A stretch of DNA of 64,000 bases from Felis catus (Eukaryota): positions 202,556,001 through 202,620,000 of the forward strand of contig NC_058368.1 in NCBI RefSeq assembly GCF_018350175.1. Direction: 5' to 3'. The position numbers and the translations under genes are program-made. A model generated the notes under the pieces. The model did not search any database. It saw nothing but the letters and a program-made list of their open reading frames with translations, and was not told the origin of the DNA. Shown piece by piece: positions 38,076-51,149 of this stretch (position 1 is the stretch's first letter; each line of letters starts with the position of its first letter).

Positions 38076-39347
38076 ATGATTCCTCGTATTACAAAATCCA
38101 TGTAGCAGCATAATTTCCAAATCTGTTTCTGATGACAGGGAATTAGCTGATGCTATCTGTCCACACTCGTCTGTTACCAATCTTTATCCTCTGCACCAGG
38201 AATGAGAATACAGCTCCCTGATTTAGGAATACTTAATCTTGACCTTTTGGATCTTCCCTGGTATACAAAAGTGAGAACCACAGCACTATTGTCTTTTGCC
38301 AACTTTCTTCTTCTCTAACCATAAATTTTATTTTTCTCTATGTATGTGAATAAACTTCCTTTTGACTTTTCTATGGAAAAATAGAGGTGATCATTTTAGA
38401 AAAGATAAATTACAAATTAATCCCTATTCTATGGCACTATTGAATTGCTGGTTTAGTTAAAATATAAATACTTCCCTTCTTACATTTTTGTTTTTATAGC
38501 TTTAAAATTAACCTAAGTCTAAAGTGGAAACATATATATATAAATACTTCCCTATTGCACAAGTTCTTGAAAATTTATAAAATAGAAATTATTTGCAGTG
38601 ATTCAAACACGATGGAAACAATTTTATTGCTTAGTCATAATTTTTAAGAAGACAAAAATTTCACGTTGTCATTGTTGTCTGTACTTTCATTTTCATAGTA
38701 ATCTCCTCAAATTTTTAATTGAACATCCAAGAGGGGAGACAAATCAGAAAACTGGGGACAATAAGGAAGGGAAAGAACGTGGTTTTCATTCCGAGTTTAA
38801 CAGTATCGACAGTCATATGCCTTAAGTAAAAAGAACTGGAATAAAGCGTGCATGGGAGATATTTACATGCCATGAAGTCATCACTTACTTGAAGTAAACT
38901 AATTATTTGAAAGCCTGCATTGAAGTACAAACCAATCAATTGCTCTTTGATATTTTCCTGGAACAGTATTTTTTTTTCCATTAACAAATGTAGTAAGTGA
39001 TAACATAAGGAAGCTAAACAGAAAACTACCATATCTGAGTGAAATCTATTCAGAAATTAGGGCATATGTATGGGTAATGGATGTACCGAAATTGAGTTTT
39101 GGCCATGACTCAAAAGGCCAGGCTTAACAGTTGCCAGATTGCCACCTGTGCCCTATATACCACAGGTGTTCAGGCCTTCAGAACAGCTCTTCTTCCTAAT
39201 GATTTCTAGGCCAGCAGTGCTCCCACACACCCAGCATGAGCTCATGCACTGAATCGATACTCACTTCTGGACATTGACATTCACCTTGACTTTGAACACT
39301 TTCTAATGTCCTTTTTAAAAGTAATAACATAATAAAAGTACAAGCTC

Positions 39348-39800
39348 TGTAGCAGTTAGAATCAGGTTCAGCTATTCTTATTAGAGATCCAAAATAACAA
39401 CTAAAGTCCAGGTGTTAGATGGCAGCTTTGGGGTCATCAGGGACCCAGGCCATTGTTTCTCTCTTTTCCATCAACCTTAACCTGTGGCTTCCATTGTCAG
39501 GGTTACATTATAATCACAATTTGGCTGCTGGAGCCCTCACCTCCATGACCTCATTTTAAAAGAAGGAAGAGCAAAAGGTGACTCCCCTCTTTGAGCCACT
39601 CCCCTTTCCTTCTTAAAAAGCTTTCTTGGAAGCCCTAGTGAGGTACTTCTGTTTATATTTTATTGCCTACTTCTGTCTATGAGGGAGCCTGAAAAATGCA
39701 ATATGTAAGTAGAAACATTTCTGACACTATCAATATAAAGTTATTTTAAAGAAGAAAGGGTGAAGGGCTATTGGATAGGCAGCCTGGAGTTTCTGCCACA
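39348..39800 (-). mobile_element. MLT1J/K-like LTR
   Basis: gtcatcagggacccagg, tggctgctggagccc and ctattggataggcagc...ctgccaca terminus. Confidence 0.7.
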
Positions 39801-39865
39801 CCCTTTTATGTTTAAACTAGATCAATTATCTAAGAATGTTTCAGCCAATTGGTAGAGCTAGTAGT

Positions 39866-40070
39866 ATTTATATATGTCCATCTATATCTCTATATCTATA
39901 TCTATAGATGTAGATATATCTATATAGAGATATAGATATATGTTCTATAGATAGATATACATCTATCTATCTATATATGTTCTATAGATATAGATATAGA
40001 GATATAGATAGATATATAGGTATAGATAGATATAAGCTAGTAGCTTATATAAATCTAGTAGCTTATATGT
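39866..40070. repeat. AT-rich (CTAT/ATAG) low-complexity block with inverted repeats
   Basis: 29-bp perfect inverted repeat at 39880-39908 / 39981-40009. Confidence 0.9.
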
Positions 40071-40144
40071 AGTTTATTTACAGCTATAACTTTTATATAG
40101 ATGTGCCTTAGATGAGGGATACCATACATACATCCGTAATGTTC

Positions 40145-40505
40145 AGAGTTTAGTTTGCATAAGAACATAATGAAGATAGGGGCGCCTGGGGGGCTCAGTC
40201 GGTTGGGCGTCCGACTTTGGCTCAGGTCATGATCTCACGGCTTGTGAGTGAGTTCAAGCCCCGCATCGGGCTCTGTGCTGACAGCCCAGAGCCTGGAGCC
40301 TGCTTTGGGTTCTGTGTCTCCCTCTATCTTTGCCCCTCCCCTGCTCATGCTCTGTCTCTCTCTGTCTCTCTCTGTCTCAAAAATAAATAAAAACATTAAA
40401 AAAAAAGAACATAATGAAGATTTGTATAAAATACAGCTTCCAGAGATTCTGGTTCCATAGGCTGGCAAAGCTCAGAAATCTCTTTGGAAGTTCCTGAATG
40501 ATCTT
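40145..40505. mobile_element. MER5-like hAT-Charlie remnant interrupted by a SINE
   Basis: ttgtataaaatacagcttccagagattctggttccatagg...agaaatct resembles MER5A. Confidence 0.5.
40179..40404 (+). mobile_element. CanSINE
   Basis: Perfect 17-bp TSD aagaacataatgaagat at 40161-40177 / 40405-40421. Confidence 0.95.
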
Positions 40506-43389
40506 AGAATTGTTGATGGCCCCCCAGCTGTGTTGCTATGGAAAGCCTTCTTTTAGATATTTCTCAACAGTGCCAAGTCCAGAATTCCTATGGAGATTAA
40601 GAGTGGGAACCTCTTGAAGTCCCCTTCAAGGTGTATAGAGTGTTGGCTGCTGCAGAAGCAAAGAGTTTTCCATAAAATTTAGAACACACCTCTAGTCCAC
40701 ATCAAAGAATTGGGCAGGTGCAGTTTATGAATAGGGAGCATGAACCCTCTTTCCTGCCATTTGGTGCTGTCACTGTGAATCTTGCTTACCTTCTAATTCT
40801 AGACATTACGGCACATGAGAAATAAATCTCTGAAACACTTCAAACTCAGTCTTTGCTCTCTCTCTCTTTTTACCTTTCTGAGGTTCTTAATACTAGTAGA
40901 GTCACCGTTTAATTTGTCAGATGAGTGATAGCAAGAGAAGAAAGAACAGGTTGATCAACTGAAGAGAAAACCAAGTCAATAACAATCCTAACCAAGCTAA
41001 CTATCCAAATTACAGCTGGTAACAGACAAAAGGTAGATTCATACCTGGGTCTGACTTCAAAGCCATGTTCCTTTGACTCTGCCATACTTACTGATTCTTC
41101 TGTGGGAGAAGGAGGAAGACAAAACCAAAAACCTGATAGTCCCCTTCACCCTCCCTCAACCAGACTGTGCCCGTCTCTTAACTCATTGGTATAACAAGAA
41201 AGGAGGAGGTTGCAAAAGGAAAATGGAATAGGTCATAGGGCAGGGAGCCAGAAACTAATGCCAGTCTCATAAACATGCCTCCCCAAGAGAGTTCTCATCT
41301 CACTGTTCCCTTCAAACCCTTGCTTCATTCATATCCCAGATTATTTCCTTTAAACTTCCACTGCCATGTCAGTGTTCCTTCCACTTCTCAGACCTCCAGG
41401 CAGCACCCAACCACAGCTTTTAATCATGGGCTCGAATCAATCTTCGTTCTTCTCCAACCTCTGTCACCTTCTCCCTAACCCCTTCCAGGGCTGATCCTAA
41501 TTTGTTCCATCATTCTGGGTTCATACTTGCTTGCTTTCCATCTTACTGAGGTATGAGAAATTACAAATAAATGATATATAACCAGATTGATATTTAGCTT
41601 TAAACCTTTATTAGAAGAATCATTGAAATCCAACTTGTTTAAATCCCTCATTTTTCTCACCAGAGAAAAAGGTGGTGTATACATCCATGTTGGTGCTCAT
41701 GATAGACGTCAATAGCCATTGATACTAATTCCACTTCTGCTACCACATGGACCAAATTGTTCTCACGTTGGTCTCCTGATGGGATGGATCAACACCAGGT
41801 GGTGCTTTGCTGCTCTGTTGACATTTCTCTTATATTTATCCTTTTTATACTTGGTCTCTCATGTAGCTCTTAGTGAATCATTAGATGTTAGGAAGGCAGC
41901 ATAGCATGGCTATTAAACTCTTTCCTCTGTCATTAACCAACTGCATAAATTTGTGGACATTATTTAAACTTTGAGCCTTGGATTCAAATATTAGAAAATT
42001 AGAACTACCAGATTAGCGTTTTCTGAATAGGTAGAAAGATAACTCACAAAACCCAGTTGGCAGCTATATTACAAGATGCTATCCCCATACCAATTTTGTG
42101 ATTTTATTAAGATCTTCTAAAGGTGGCATTTAATCCAGTGTTTCTAATGTTGCAGGTCTCTCTTAATTGGCTTCCTGACAGGGTGTACTGACAGAAAAAA
42201 AAAATTCAGGGCACGATCCCTCAAGACTGAGTTAGGAAATGTGCTGTTAATGACATTGAATAGAATCACACTCAAGTTTAAAAACTTACTCTACTTTGTC
42301 CCTGGAATTTCTTGACCTTCACAGAAAGTTTTATGTTCATTGCAGGAATTGCCAAGGGGTTAAGGCATGATCTCTGTTCTTCCTTCTCATTTGAGACTCT
42401 CCATTCCAGAACAAAGTACCAGTTCAGACACGTCCATCCTTTCTTTCTCTGAAGGCTGAGAGGCCTTGGTGTAAATGTTGTCTCTCCCAGCTGGTTCTGG
42501 CATGCCCAGACTTGTCAGAGTTTTCAGTAGGTATTAAGCTCCATCCACCTTTGGCACTTCATTATTTAATGCATATGTATTACCGGCTAGAGATATGCCA
42601 AGTGATTAAAATGTAGGGAAAAATGTAAATTGTTTATTTTAAAAATTGGAATACAAAATACTAGCACATGAAAACTACAGAGTGAAAGTTCAGAGGGACA
42701 AGAGAGAAACCACTGAAGAACTTTTGTATTCTAATTGGCCACATGGAAGAGATGCTAAACCTTGAAGAATGAGCAGGCGTTTAGTAAGTGACGTTCAGTG
42801 ATGTGGATTTCCACAAAGGTGGAAAGGTACAATATAGCTTGGGAAGGTGTAAGAAGTTTTGTGAGAATACAAATAACTTAGTCATAAGAAAAGAGTACAT
42901 GTAAGAGTTTATTTCCACACTTTGGGAATGGAGACACGAGCTGCTCAAATCATAAACTAGAATGATTTATTTAATCCAGGAGTGAATGCTAAGTCATGGG
43001 AGCCAGGGGATCATTTGACTAGAGATATGTTTTAAGAAGTTAATCTATCATTGATTCTGCCATTGATTTTCGGAAAATATTGGGGTAAAAGATACGAGAG
43101 TGTAAGCTGACCAGTTAAAAATATAAGCTAATTGCAAAGGAGGAGGACTTTTGCTTTTTATTCTACATGTTTCTGTACTGTTTCAACTTTTATAAAGGGA
43201 ATGTGTTTGTGTATTATTTGTGTATTTCCAACATTTAGCAGAGACTAAAAGAAAAGCAGAACAAACAAAAAGGAAATATTTCACAGTGATCTCCATGATT
43301 TTCAACCTAGCACTGGCTGAAGAGGTACCATAGAATTAAGTTATAATTATAAATAGGATGCCAATAATTTTAATTTAAAAATAATAAAA

Positions 43390-43489
43390 GGGTCGGCCCT
43401 GGGTAGCTCAGTTGGTTAAGCTTCCGACTCTTGATTTTGCCTGGGGTCATGATCTCCCGGTATGTGAGCTCAAGCCCACATCACTTGGG

Positions 43490-43529
<40 letters not shown>

Positions 43530-43539
43530 CCTCACCTGT

Positions 43540-43573
<34 letters not shown>

Positions 43574-43630
43574 ATGCTCGCTCTCTCTCTCTCTCTCAAA
43601 ATAAATAAATAAACTTGAAAAAAATAAAAA
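43390..43630 (+). mobile_element. CanSINE with an internal deletion and expanded (CT)n/(GT)n
   Basis: ctgggtagctcagttggttaag head and aaaataaataaataaac tail. Confidence 0.88.
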
Positions 43631-43642
43631 TAATGAATGGAG

Positions 43643-43736
43643 ATTCACTTAGTATTATGTTCTCTACTCCATACGTGCTGTTGAAAATGGCAATATTTCA
43701 TTCTCTTTTATGATTAATATTCCATTATGTGTGTGT

Positions 43737-43781
<45 letters not shown>

Positions 43782-45830
43782 CTTCTTTATTCTTTCATCA
43801 GTCGGTGGATACTTTGGCTGTTTCCATAATTTGGCTGTTGTCAATAATGCTTCTATAAACATCAGATGCATGTATCCCTATGAATTAATATTTTTGTATT
43901 CTTTGGGTAAATACCTAGTAGTGCAATTGCTGGATTATAGGGTAGTTCTACTATTAAGTCTTTGAGGAAACTCCATACTGTTTCCCAGAGTGGCTGTACC
44001 AGTTTGCACTCCGACCAAGAGTGCAAGAGTGGTCCCCTTTCTCCACATCCTCGCCAACATCTGTTATTTCTTGTGCTGTTGATTTTAGCCATTCTGACAG
44101 ATGGAAGGTGATATCTTATTGTGGTTTTGATTTGCATTTCCCTGATGATGAGTGATGTTGAGCATCTTTGCCTGTGTCAGTTGGCCATCTGTATGTCCTC
44201 TTTCGAGAAATGTCTGTTTGTGTCTTCTGCCCATTTTTTAATTGGATTGTTTGTTTTGAGGGTGTTGAATTCTATAAATTCTTTATATATTTTGGATACT
44301 AACCTTTTATTGGGTATGTAATTTGCAAATACTTTCCCCCATTCAGTAGGTTATATTTAATTTTGTTATTTCCTTTGCTGTGCAGACGCTTTTTATTTTG
44401 ATGTAGTCCCAATAGTTTATTTTTGTCTTTATTTCTCTTGCCTCAGGAGACATATCTAGAAAAATGTTGCTTGGCCATTGTCAGAAATTATTGCTCTCTT
44501 CCAGGATTTTTATGGTTTTGGGTCTCGCATTTAGACCATTTTGAGTTTATTTTTGTATATGGTATAAGAAAGTGGTCCAGTTTCACTCTTTTGCATGTAG
44601 CTGTCCAGTTTTCCCAACATCATTTGTTGAAGATACTACCTTTTTCTGATTTCATATTCTTGCCTCTTTTGTCAAAGATTAATTGACCATGTAGCTGTGG
44701 GTTTGTTTCTGGGCTTTATATCCTGTTCCATTGATCTATGTGTCTATTTTTGTACCAGTGCCATACTGCTTTGACTACTACCTCTTCTTAGTATAACTTG
44801 AAATCTGGAATTGTGATACTTCCAGCTTTGTTTTCCTTTTGTAAGGTTGTTTTGCCTATTCAGGATCTTTTGTTGTTCCATAGAAATTTTAGGATCGCTT
44901 GTTCTAGTTCTGTGAAAAATGCTGTTGGTATTTCGATAGGGATTGCATTAAACCTGAGATTGCTTTGGGTTGATGTCCATACGGACATTTTAACAACATT
45001 TGTTCTTGCAATCCATGAGCATGCAATGTCTTTCCATTTGTTTGTGTCACTTTCAGTTTCTTTCATCAGTGTTTTGTAGTATTCAGAGTATAGAGCTTTC
45101 ATCTCTTTGATTAAGTTTATATCTGGGTATTTTATTATTTTTACTAAAATTGTGAATGGGATTGCTTTCTTAATTTCTCTTTCTATTGCCTCATTATTGG
45201 TTTATATAAATGCCACAGATTTCTGTACATTGACTTTGTATCCTATGACTTACTGAATTCATTTATCAGTCCTACTAGTTTTTTGGTCTAGTCTTTAGAA
45301 TTTTCTATATATGATATCACGTCATCTGCAAATAGTAAAAGTTTTATTTCTTCCATATCAATTTGGATGTCTTTTATTTCTTTCTCTTGTTTGATTGCTG
45401 TGGCTAGGACTTCCACTACTATGTTGAATAAAAGTGGTGAGGGTGGATATCCTTGGCTTGTTCCAGATCTTAAAGGGAAAGCTTTCAGTTTTTCACCATT
45501 GAGTATGATGTTAGCTGTAGGTTTTTCATATATGGCCTTTATTATGTTGAGATATGTTCTACTTTGTTGAGAATTGTTTTTCTGAATGGATGTTGTACTT
45601 TGTCAAATGCTTTTGCTGCATCTGTTGAGATAATTGTATGGTCCTCATCCTTTCTCTTGTTAATGTGATGTATCACATTGATTGATTGCCAATATTAAAC
45701 CACCTTTGCATTCCAAGTATAAATCCAACTTGATCATGGTGGATGATTTTTTAATGTATTGTTAGATTCAGTTTGCTGATATTTTGTTGAGGACTTTTAT
45801 ATCTATGTTCATCAGAGATATTGGCCTGTT

Positions 45831-45876
<46 letters not shown>

Positions 45877-46820
45877 GGTGTCTTTATCTGGCTTTGGTAT
45901 CAAGGTAATACAGGCCTCGTTGAGTTAATTTGGAGTTTTTCTTTCCTCTTCTATTTTTTTTTGAATAGTTTGAAAGAAAGGGTATTAATTCTTCTTTAAA
46001 TGTTTTATAGAATTCTACCTGTAAAGCCATCTGGTCCTAGATTTTTGTTTGTTGGGAGGTTTTTTGTTTTTGTTTTTGTTTTTCCTGATTCAATTTCATT
46101 ATTGGTAACTGGTCTGTTCACGTTTTCTGTTTCTTCCTAATTCAGTTTTAATAGGTTATATATTTCTAGAAATTTCTCCATTTCTTCTTGGTTGTCCAAT
46201 TTCTTGGCATATAAATTTTCATAATATTCTTTTATAATCCTTTGTATTTCTGCGGTGTTCATTGTTATTTCTCTTCTTTCATTTCTGAGTTTGTTTACTT
46301 GAGTTGTCTCTCTCTCTCTCTTTTTTTTTGATGAGAGTGGCTAAGGTTCATCCATTTATTGAGCTTTTTAATGAACTTGCCCCTGGTTTTATTAACCTGT
46401 TCTATTGAGGATTTTTTTTTAAGTTTCTAATTCATTTATTTCTCCTCTAACCTCTTGTTTCTTTTCTTCTATTGGTTTGGGATTTTGTTTGTTCTTTTTC
46501 TAGATCCTTTAGGTGTAAGGCTAGGTTATTTATTTGAGATTTTTCTTTCTTCTTGAGCTAGGCTTGTATTGCTATAACTTTCATTTGTAGAACCACTTTT
46601 GCTACATTCCAAAGATTTTGGACCATTGTGGTTTCATTTATTTGTCTTCATGTATTTTTTTTTATTTCCTCTTTGATTTCTTGGTTGACCCATTCATTGT
46701 TTAGTAGCATTTTATTTAACCTCCATGTATTTGTGGTCTTTGCAGATTTTTTATTGTGGTTGATTTCTAGTTTCGTAGTATTATGGTCAGAAAAGATGCA
46801 TAGAATGACTTCAATCTTTT
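43643..46820 (-). mobile_element. Older carnivore L1 ORF2 fragment lacking both ends
   Basis: ORF fragments [11 protein letters not shown] (43862-44137), [11 protein letters not shown] (44860-45102) and FSDHNTTKLEIN (46648-46845). FADD codons at 45332-45321. No 3' A-tail. Confidence 0.93.
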
Positions 46821-47000
46821 TTGTCATTATTTTTAAACCATTCATGCTTAAGCTACCATACTGGAATCAAGTTACTGATGTTAAAATTGCTGCTGGGATG
46901 TGATATAAATACACTGTACAAGCCAGTCATTCATTCACTGTGCTGGGCAATCTGAATCAAAAGACAATTAGGATAAAACTTGTGTCTTTAAATTGATTAC

Positions 47001-47139
47001 AGAAGAAAGAAGGAGGGAAGGAGGGCTGGAAGGCAAGGAAGACAGGAAGGAAGGAGGAAGGAAGGAAGGAAGGAAGGAAGGAAGGAAGGAAGGAAGGAAG
47101 GAAGGAAGGAAGGGAGGGAGAGGGAGGAAGGAAGGAAGA
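47001..47139. repeat. (GGAA)n polypurine tract
   Basis: Read directly. Confidence 0.95.
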
Positions 47140-48073
47140 TCATTGTATAAAATAAGTATAAACAGTATGCAACAGAGATCCAAGAGCTGGAAGAGTCACA
47201 AATAGATGGACAATTTCAATGGGAAACAGAAAGAAGACTAAATTTTTGTAATGAAACTGAAGTTGAAGCAAAAATTCTCACTACTGATTTGATCATCATG
47301 CCCAAATGCTTTACATGTTTCTTTTAGTTGTTAATTTAAAGATTCTTCTTAATACAACCTGAAGTAGGGAATGATCAGTTGAAGTGACCAATAAACAGTA
47401 CACATAAATTGTATGGGTTTAAAAATCATGAGACACAGTTAGTTGGAGAAATAATAATATTTCTTCCAGCCTAAAACACTAAATATAATATTACCAGTTA
47501 TAGCACTTCCAAATCTGATGAATACCATGAGAAACCATTCTCTACATTACCTGCTATAGACTGACAACTTCAAAATGCCAATATCCCTGGAATGGCTACT
47601 TTCATATCTGATTGGTTATTGTGGAAAACTGAGTGATTAATATAAAATCTATTTAGAAATGTTAGGAGCTAGATAAAATTCTAGCATTGCCAGGATATAA
47701 GGAATATTCATGTTTCATAATGACGTTATGTTATTTTTAATAAGATTACCATGAATTTCATTTTTTCAATTTTCTTAATTTGTACCAATATATTGGGAAA
47801 AAAGTAGATAAATCTATGTTTAGAGAGCCATCTTTTTTTTCCCCTCCAATTTTTGCTGGTGTCCCTCCTCCTCCTCTTTTCTTTTCCTCCTCCCCTTTCT
47901 CCCTCTTCTTTTTCTTCTCCTTTTTTCCCTCTTTCTTCTTCTCCATACATTCCTCTTATTCTTACTGTTATTATAATTTTGCTTGGATATGTGTAAATTG
48001 AACATATCTAACCTGTTTACATAGGAGCATCATTTTAGATTTTCTTTGGGCTATTTCAAAGTAAATAAAAGTA

Positions 48074-48303
48074 GAGGCGCCTGGGTGGCTCAGTCGGTTG
48101 AGCGTCCAACTTTGGCTCAGGTCATGATCTCTCAACTAGTGGGTTCGAGCCCTGCATTGGGCTCTGTGCTGACAGCTCAGAGCCTGGAGCCTGCTTCGGA
48201 TTCTTTGTCTCCCTCTCTCTCTCTCTACCCCTCCCCTGCTCATGCTCTGTCTCTCTCTGTCTTTCAAAAATAAATAAACATTAAAAAATAAAAAAAAAAC
48301 CCA
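48074..48303 (+). mobile_element. CanSINE
   Basis: TSD caaagtaaataaaa at 48057-48070 / 48304-48317. Confidence 0.94.
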
Positions 48304-48864
48304 CAAAGTAAATAAAACTAAGTAAAACCTCTTTCAGTGTTTACCCTTCTATCCTAAAAGTAGATATTTATGACTCATTTACTGATAATAATATAAGTTA
48401 TGAACTCAATACTAGTTACAAGCTTTTATATAATAAAGCATTTATAGAAAACATTTGAGTGTACAAAATCTCATATATATATACATTGGGCCTAACCAGG
48501 AAAGGTCAAAAAAAAGAAGTAAAATCTTTAAGTCGTTAAATACTGGATTTCAGAAATTAAGTACTACAACATACTATATACACATCCCTTTGAAAATAAA
48601 ATAAATAGTTTAGTTTATTAAACCACAATGACTATCTGGAAAAATGAAATTAATATGGAATTGTTTAATCTTTCCTAGAGACTAGCCTAACAAGATTATT
48701 TTAGAATAATTAAAAATAATAAGCCGCTAATGTTTTAATTCTATTAATTTAAAGTGTCTTTCAGTAAATTAAAGATGTATAATCAAATAAAAAGGAGAAT
48801 CACTACTACTCATTAAATGCATAGTAAGATATCAGTGCATTTATTAATCACCATAATTTTATTA

Positions 48865-48990
48865 AGTAAGGTATTTTGCACTCATTTTACAGATCAAAAG
48901 ATTGAGGCTTAGAGAGGTTAAGTAACTTACCACTCCTGACTCAAGAAGTGGTAGTCATGAATCAAACCATGTGATTTCACTGACTAAAAA
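48865..48990 (-). mobile_element. MIR core
   Basis: cattttacagatcaaaagattgaggcttagagaggttaagtaactt. Confidence 0.75.
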
Positions 48991-49320
48991 TCTATACAAA
49001 ATTTGAAGTTCACTCTGCCTATGAGATGTACTGCCTCAGGCCATAACATTAAAATTCTAAATACATTCAAAATAATTCAGATAAATTCATGAATGTTGGA
49101 TCTCATGGGAACAATAAGGTGAAATTTGAGTGCAGTATAATGTCACAGAGGAACACATACTTTTTTCACAGAAGAGTCACTTTTTTGCTCTTTTTATCTA
49201 TATCACAAAGAGAAAGTTGACAGCATAAGCTATTAATCTAACTCCTGTTATGAATAAACACTTTCTTTACATTCAAAAAAATATATTTCTATAAATTCCT
49301 TCAAACATTGAGCCTTTGGA

Positions 49321-49466
49321 TTTTTTTTAATTTTATTTTTAATTTTTTAAAATTTACATCCAGATTAGTTAGCATATAGTGCAACAATGATTTCAGGAGT
49401 GGATTCCTTAGTGCCCCTTACCCATTTAGCCCATCCCCCCTCCCACAATCCCTCCAGTAACCCTCT
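49321..49466 (-). mobile_element. Short L1 3' end
   Basis: T-rich tail then attagttagcatatagtgcaacaatgatttcaggag...ccatcccccctcccac...ccagtaaccctct. Confidence 0.75.
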
Positions 49467-50542
49467 AACAACTTCTGTGTTAGCCTTCTAATGGTGAGTA
49501 TTTTCATGGATGACAAACTATTTCCCCTTTCATACTGGGAGTTACAGCTGCGAGCAGGACATTTTCTTTAGCAATTTCACTTAGCACAATGTCCTTACTA
49601 GAGGTTTTCTCTACATGGTCAGGACAGCATTCTCTCCTGAGGAAAGAGTCTCTGAAAATGAAAACCTGTGAGAATACTGTTCAACCCAATATGGGAAAAT
49701 GGTGGGGAAGACAGTTGAATACATGGCCACATTGCTCATGGTAATTCATTTGCATAGAATCCTCATTCTTTTAAGAAGAAGGAGGATTTTAGAATGCCTT
49801 AAATTTTACCATTCACAGTATTGAATATGCCAATTGTTAATTTAAATGATACACTTGTATTTTAGAAGATATTCCAACTTTATCTGGAAGGTCAGAGTTA
49901 AATTGCTTAATTTTTTTTCTGTTCTGCAAGCAGGATGTGTAGAGGCTAAAGACAATTGTCCCCGTGCTATTGCAGCTTAATTTGATAATTGTCACAGGTT
50001 TCAGCTTACCTTAAATAATTTTCAAGATAATGTATAAAATGATTTATAATTTAAATGATGACAGAACTAAAACTATACTGCTGTACTTCCTGAAGGAAAA
50101 TGTCTGTTTTGTTAGATTCTCATTTTGATAATCTTACCCTAAATCCAGCTTCTTGAGCAATATGGTAAACCAATGAGTTTTAGCTTATAAGCCTAACTCT
50201 ACCGCATTGATGTTACTTCAATTCTAAACTTTCCCCTGAAAGAACAGAGGTGGAAATTTAAAAAAATAACGAGTATTGATTCTTTATTATAAATTATGAC
50301 ATTAAAAAGGAATTTATATACTGCAAATCTAGAAAATTATGATAAAGTAAATATTACCATCAATCTAATTATGGTTATTAGACTCATTTTTGTCTATTTT
50401 TCAGTACTTTTTATTAGAAATTCACTTATATAAAATGTTGTTGGTCTTCAGGGTTATGTCTTAGGTTATCTTTTTTCAATCTATATATTTCTCAAGGATA
50501 TCTTGTTGATTCTTAGGATTTTAGGTGTGGGTGGGAAGTTGG

Positions 50543-50718
50543 AAGTCTGGGTTTATGGGTGTGTGTCTTGTGCAGTCAGGCAGGACTCTGGCTTTGAAGG
50601 GCCCTGTGCTTGACTTAATGCTCTTCTGACACCATCTTGAAATACTTAATACTGTTTGACCAAAGGGACTTTCATTTTCATTTTTCACTGCATCTTGCAA
50701 ATTGTGTTGCACATATTG
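50543..50718. mobile_element. MER45A-like hAT-Tip100 MITE
   Basis: gggccctgtgcttgacttaatgctcttctgacaccatcttgaaat...ttcattttcatttttcactg...tgcaaattgtgt. Confidence 0.7.
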
Positions 50719-51149
50719 GGAATCATTGTGATAGCAGAAAACCCAGCCTCTTTCATTTCTAAAGTCATGAACCTTGTTCCAGTTTTCCCTCAGCCAAAGA
50801 GAAGGTATTTCCTTTTTTTTTTTTTTTTTTGGCAAAAAAGTATCTTCAGCTTCCAATCTCATGTCTGTGAGGCTGAGACTTCATTGAAGTTTGGCTTTGT
50901 CTAATTGTCTTTCCAGAAATATTGGGTTTACTGCCCATAAATATAATGATGAATTATAGGCTACCAGTGATCCTGACCACAAATACCCCAGTGCCTTCAA
51001 AATCTTTACTTCTTGCCAAATCCCTCTTTTGAATGTTGTATCCACATTTCCTCCTGCCTTGAATGTTTCCAATGGTGTAAACTGTGGGCAATTTAATGTC
51101 AGATTGTACAACACTGACATTCAATTATTTCTCCCGGGAAAACTGCTTT

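Noticed and set aside
38889..38957. Minus-strand 69-nt exon (ENIKEQLIGLYFNAGFQIISLLQ) with CAA|gtaagt donor
   Set aside because: The acceptor is preceded by an A-run rather than a pyrimidine tract and the peptide is not recognised.
43643..46900. Twin-primed (5'-inverted) L1 to explain the missing 3' end
   Set aside because: No opposite-orientation L1 3' piece or A-tail follows 46820; a deletion is simpler.
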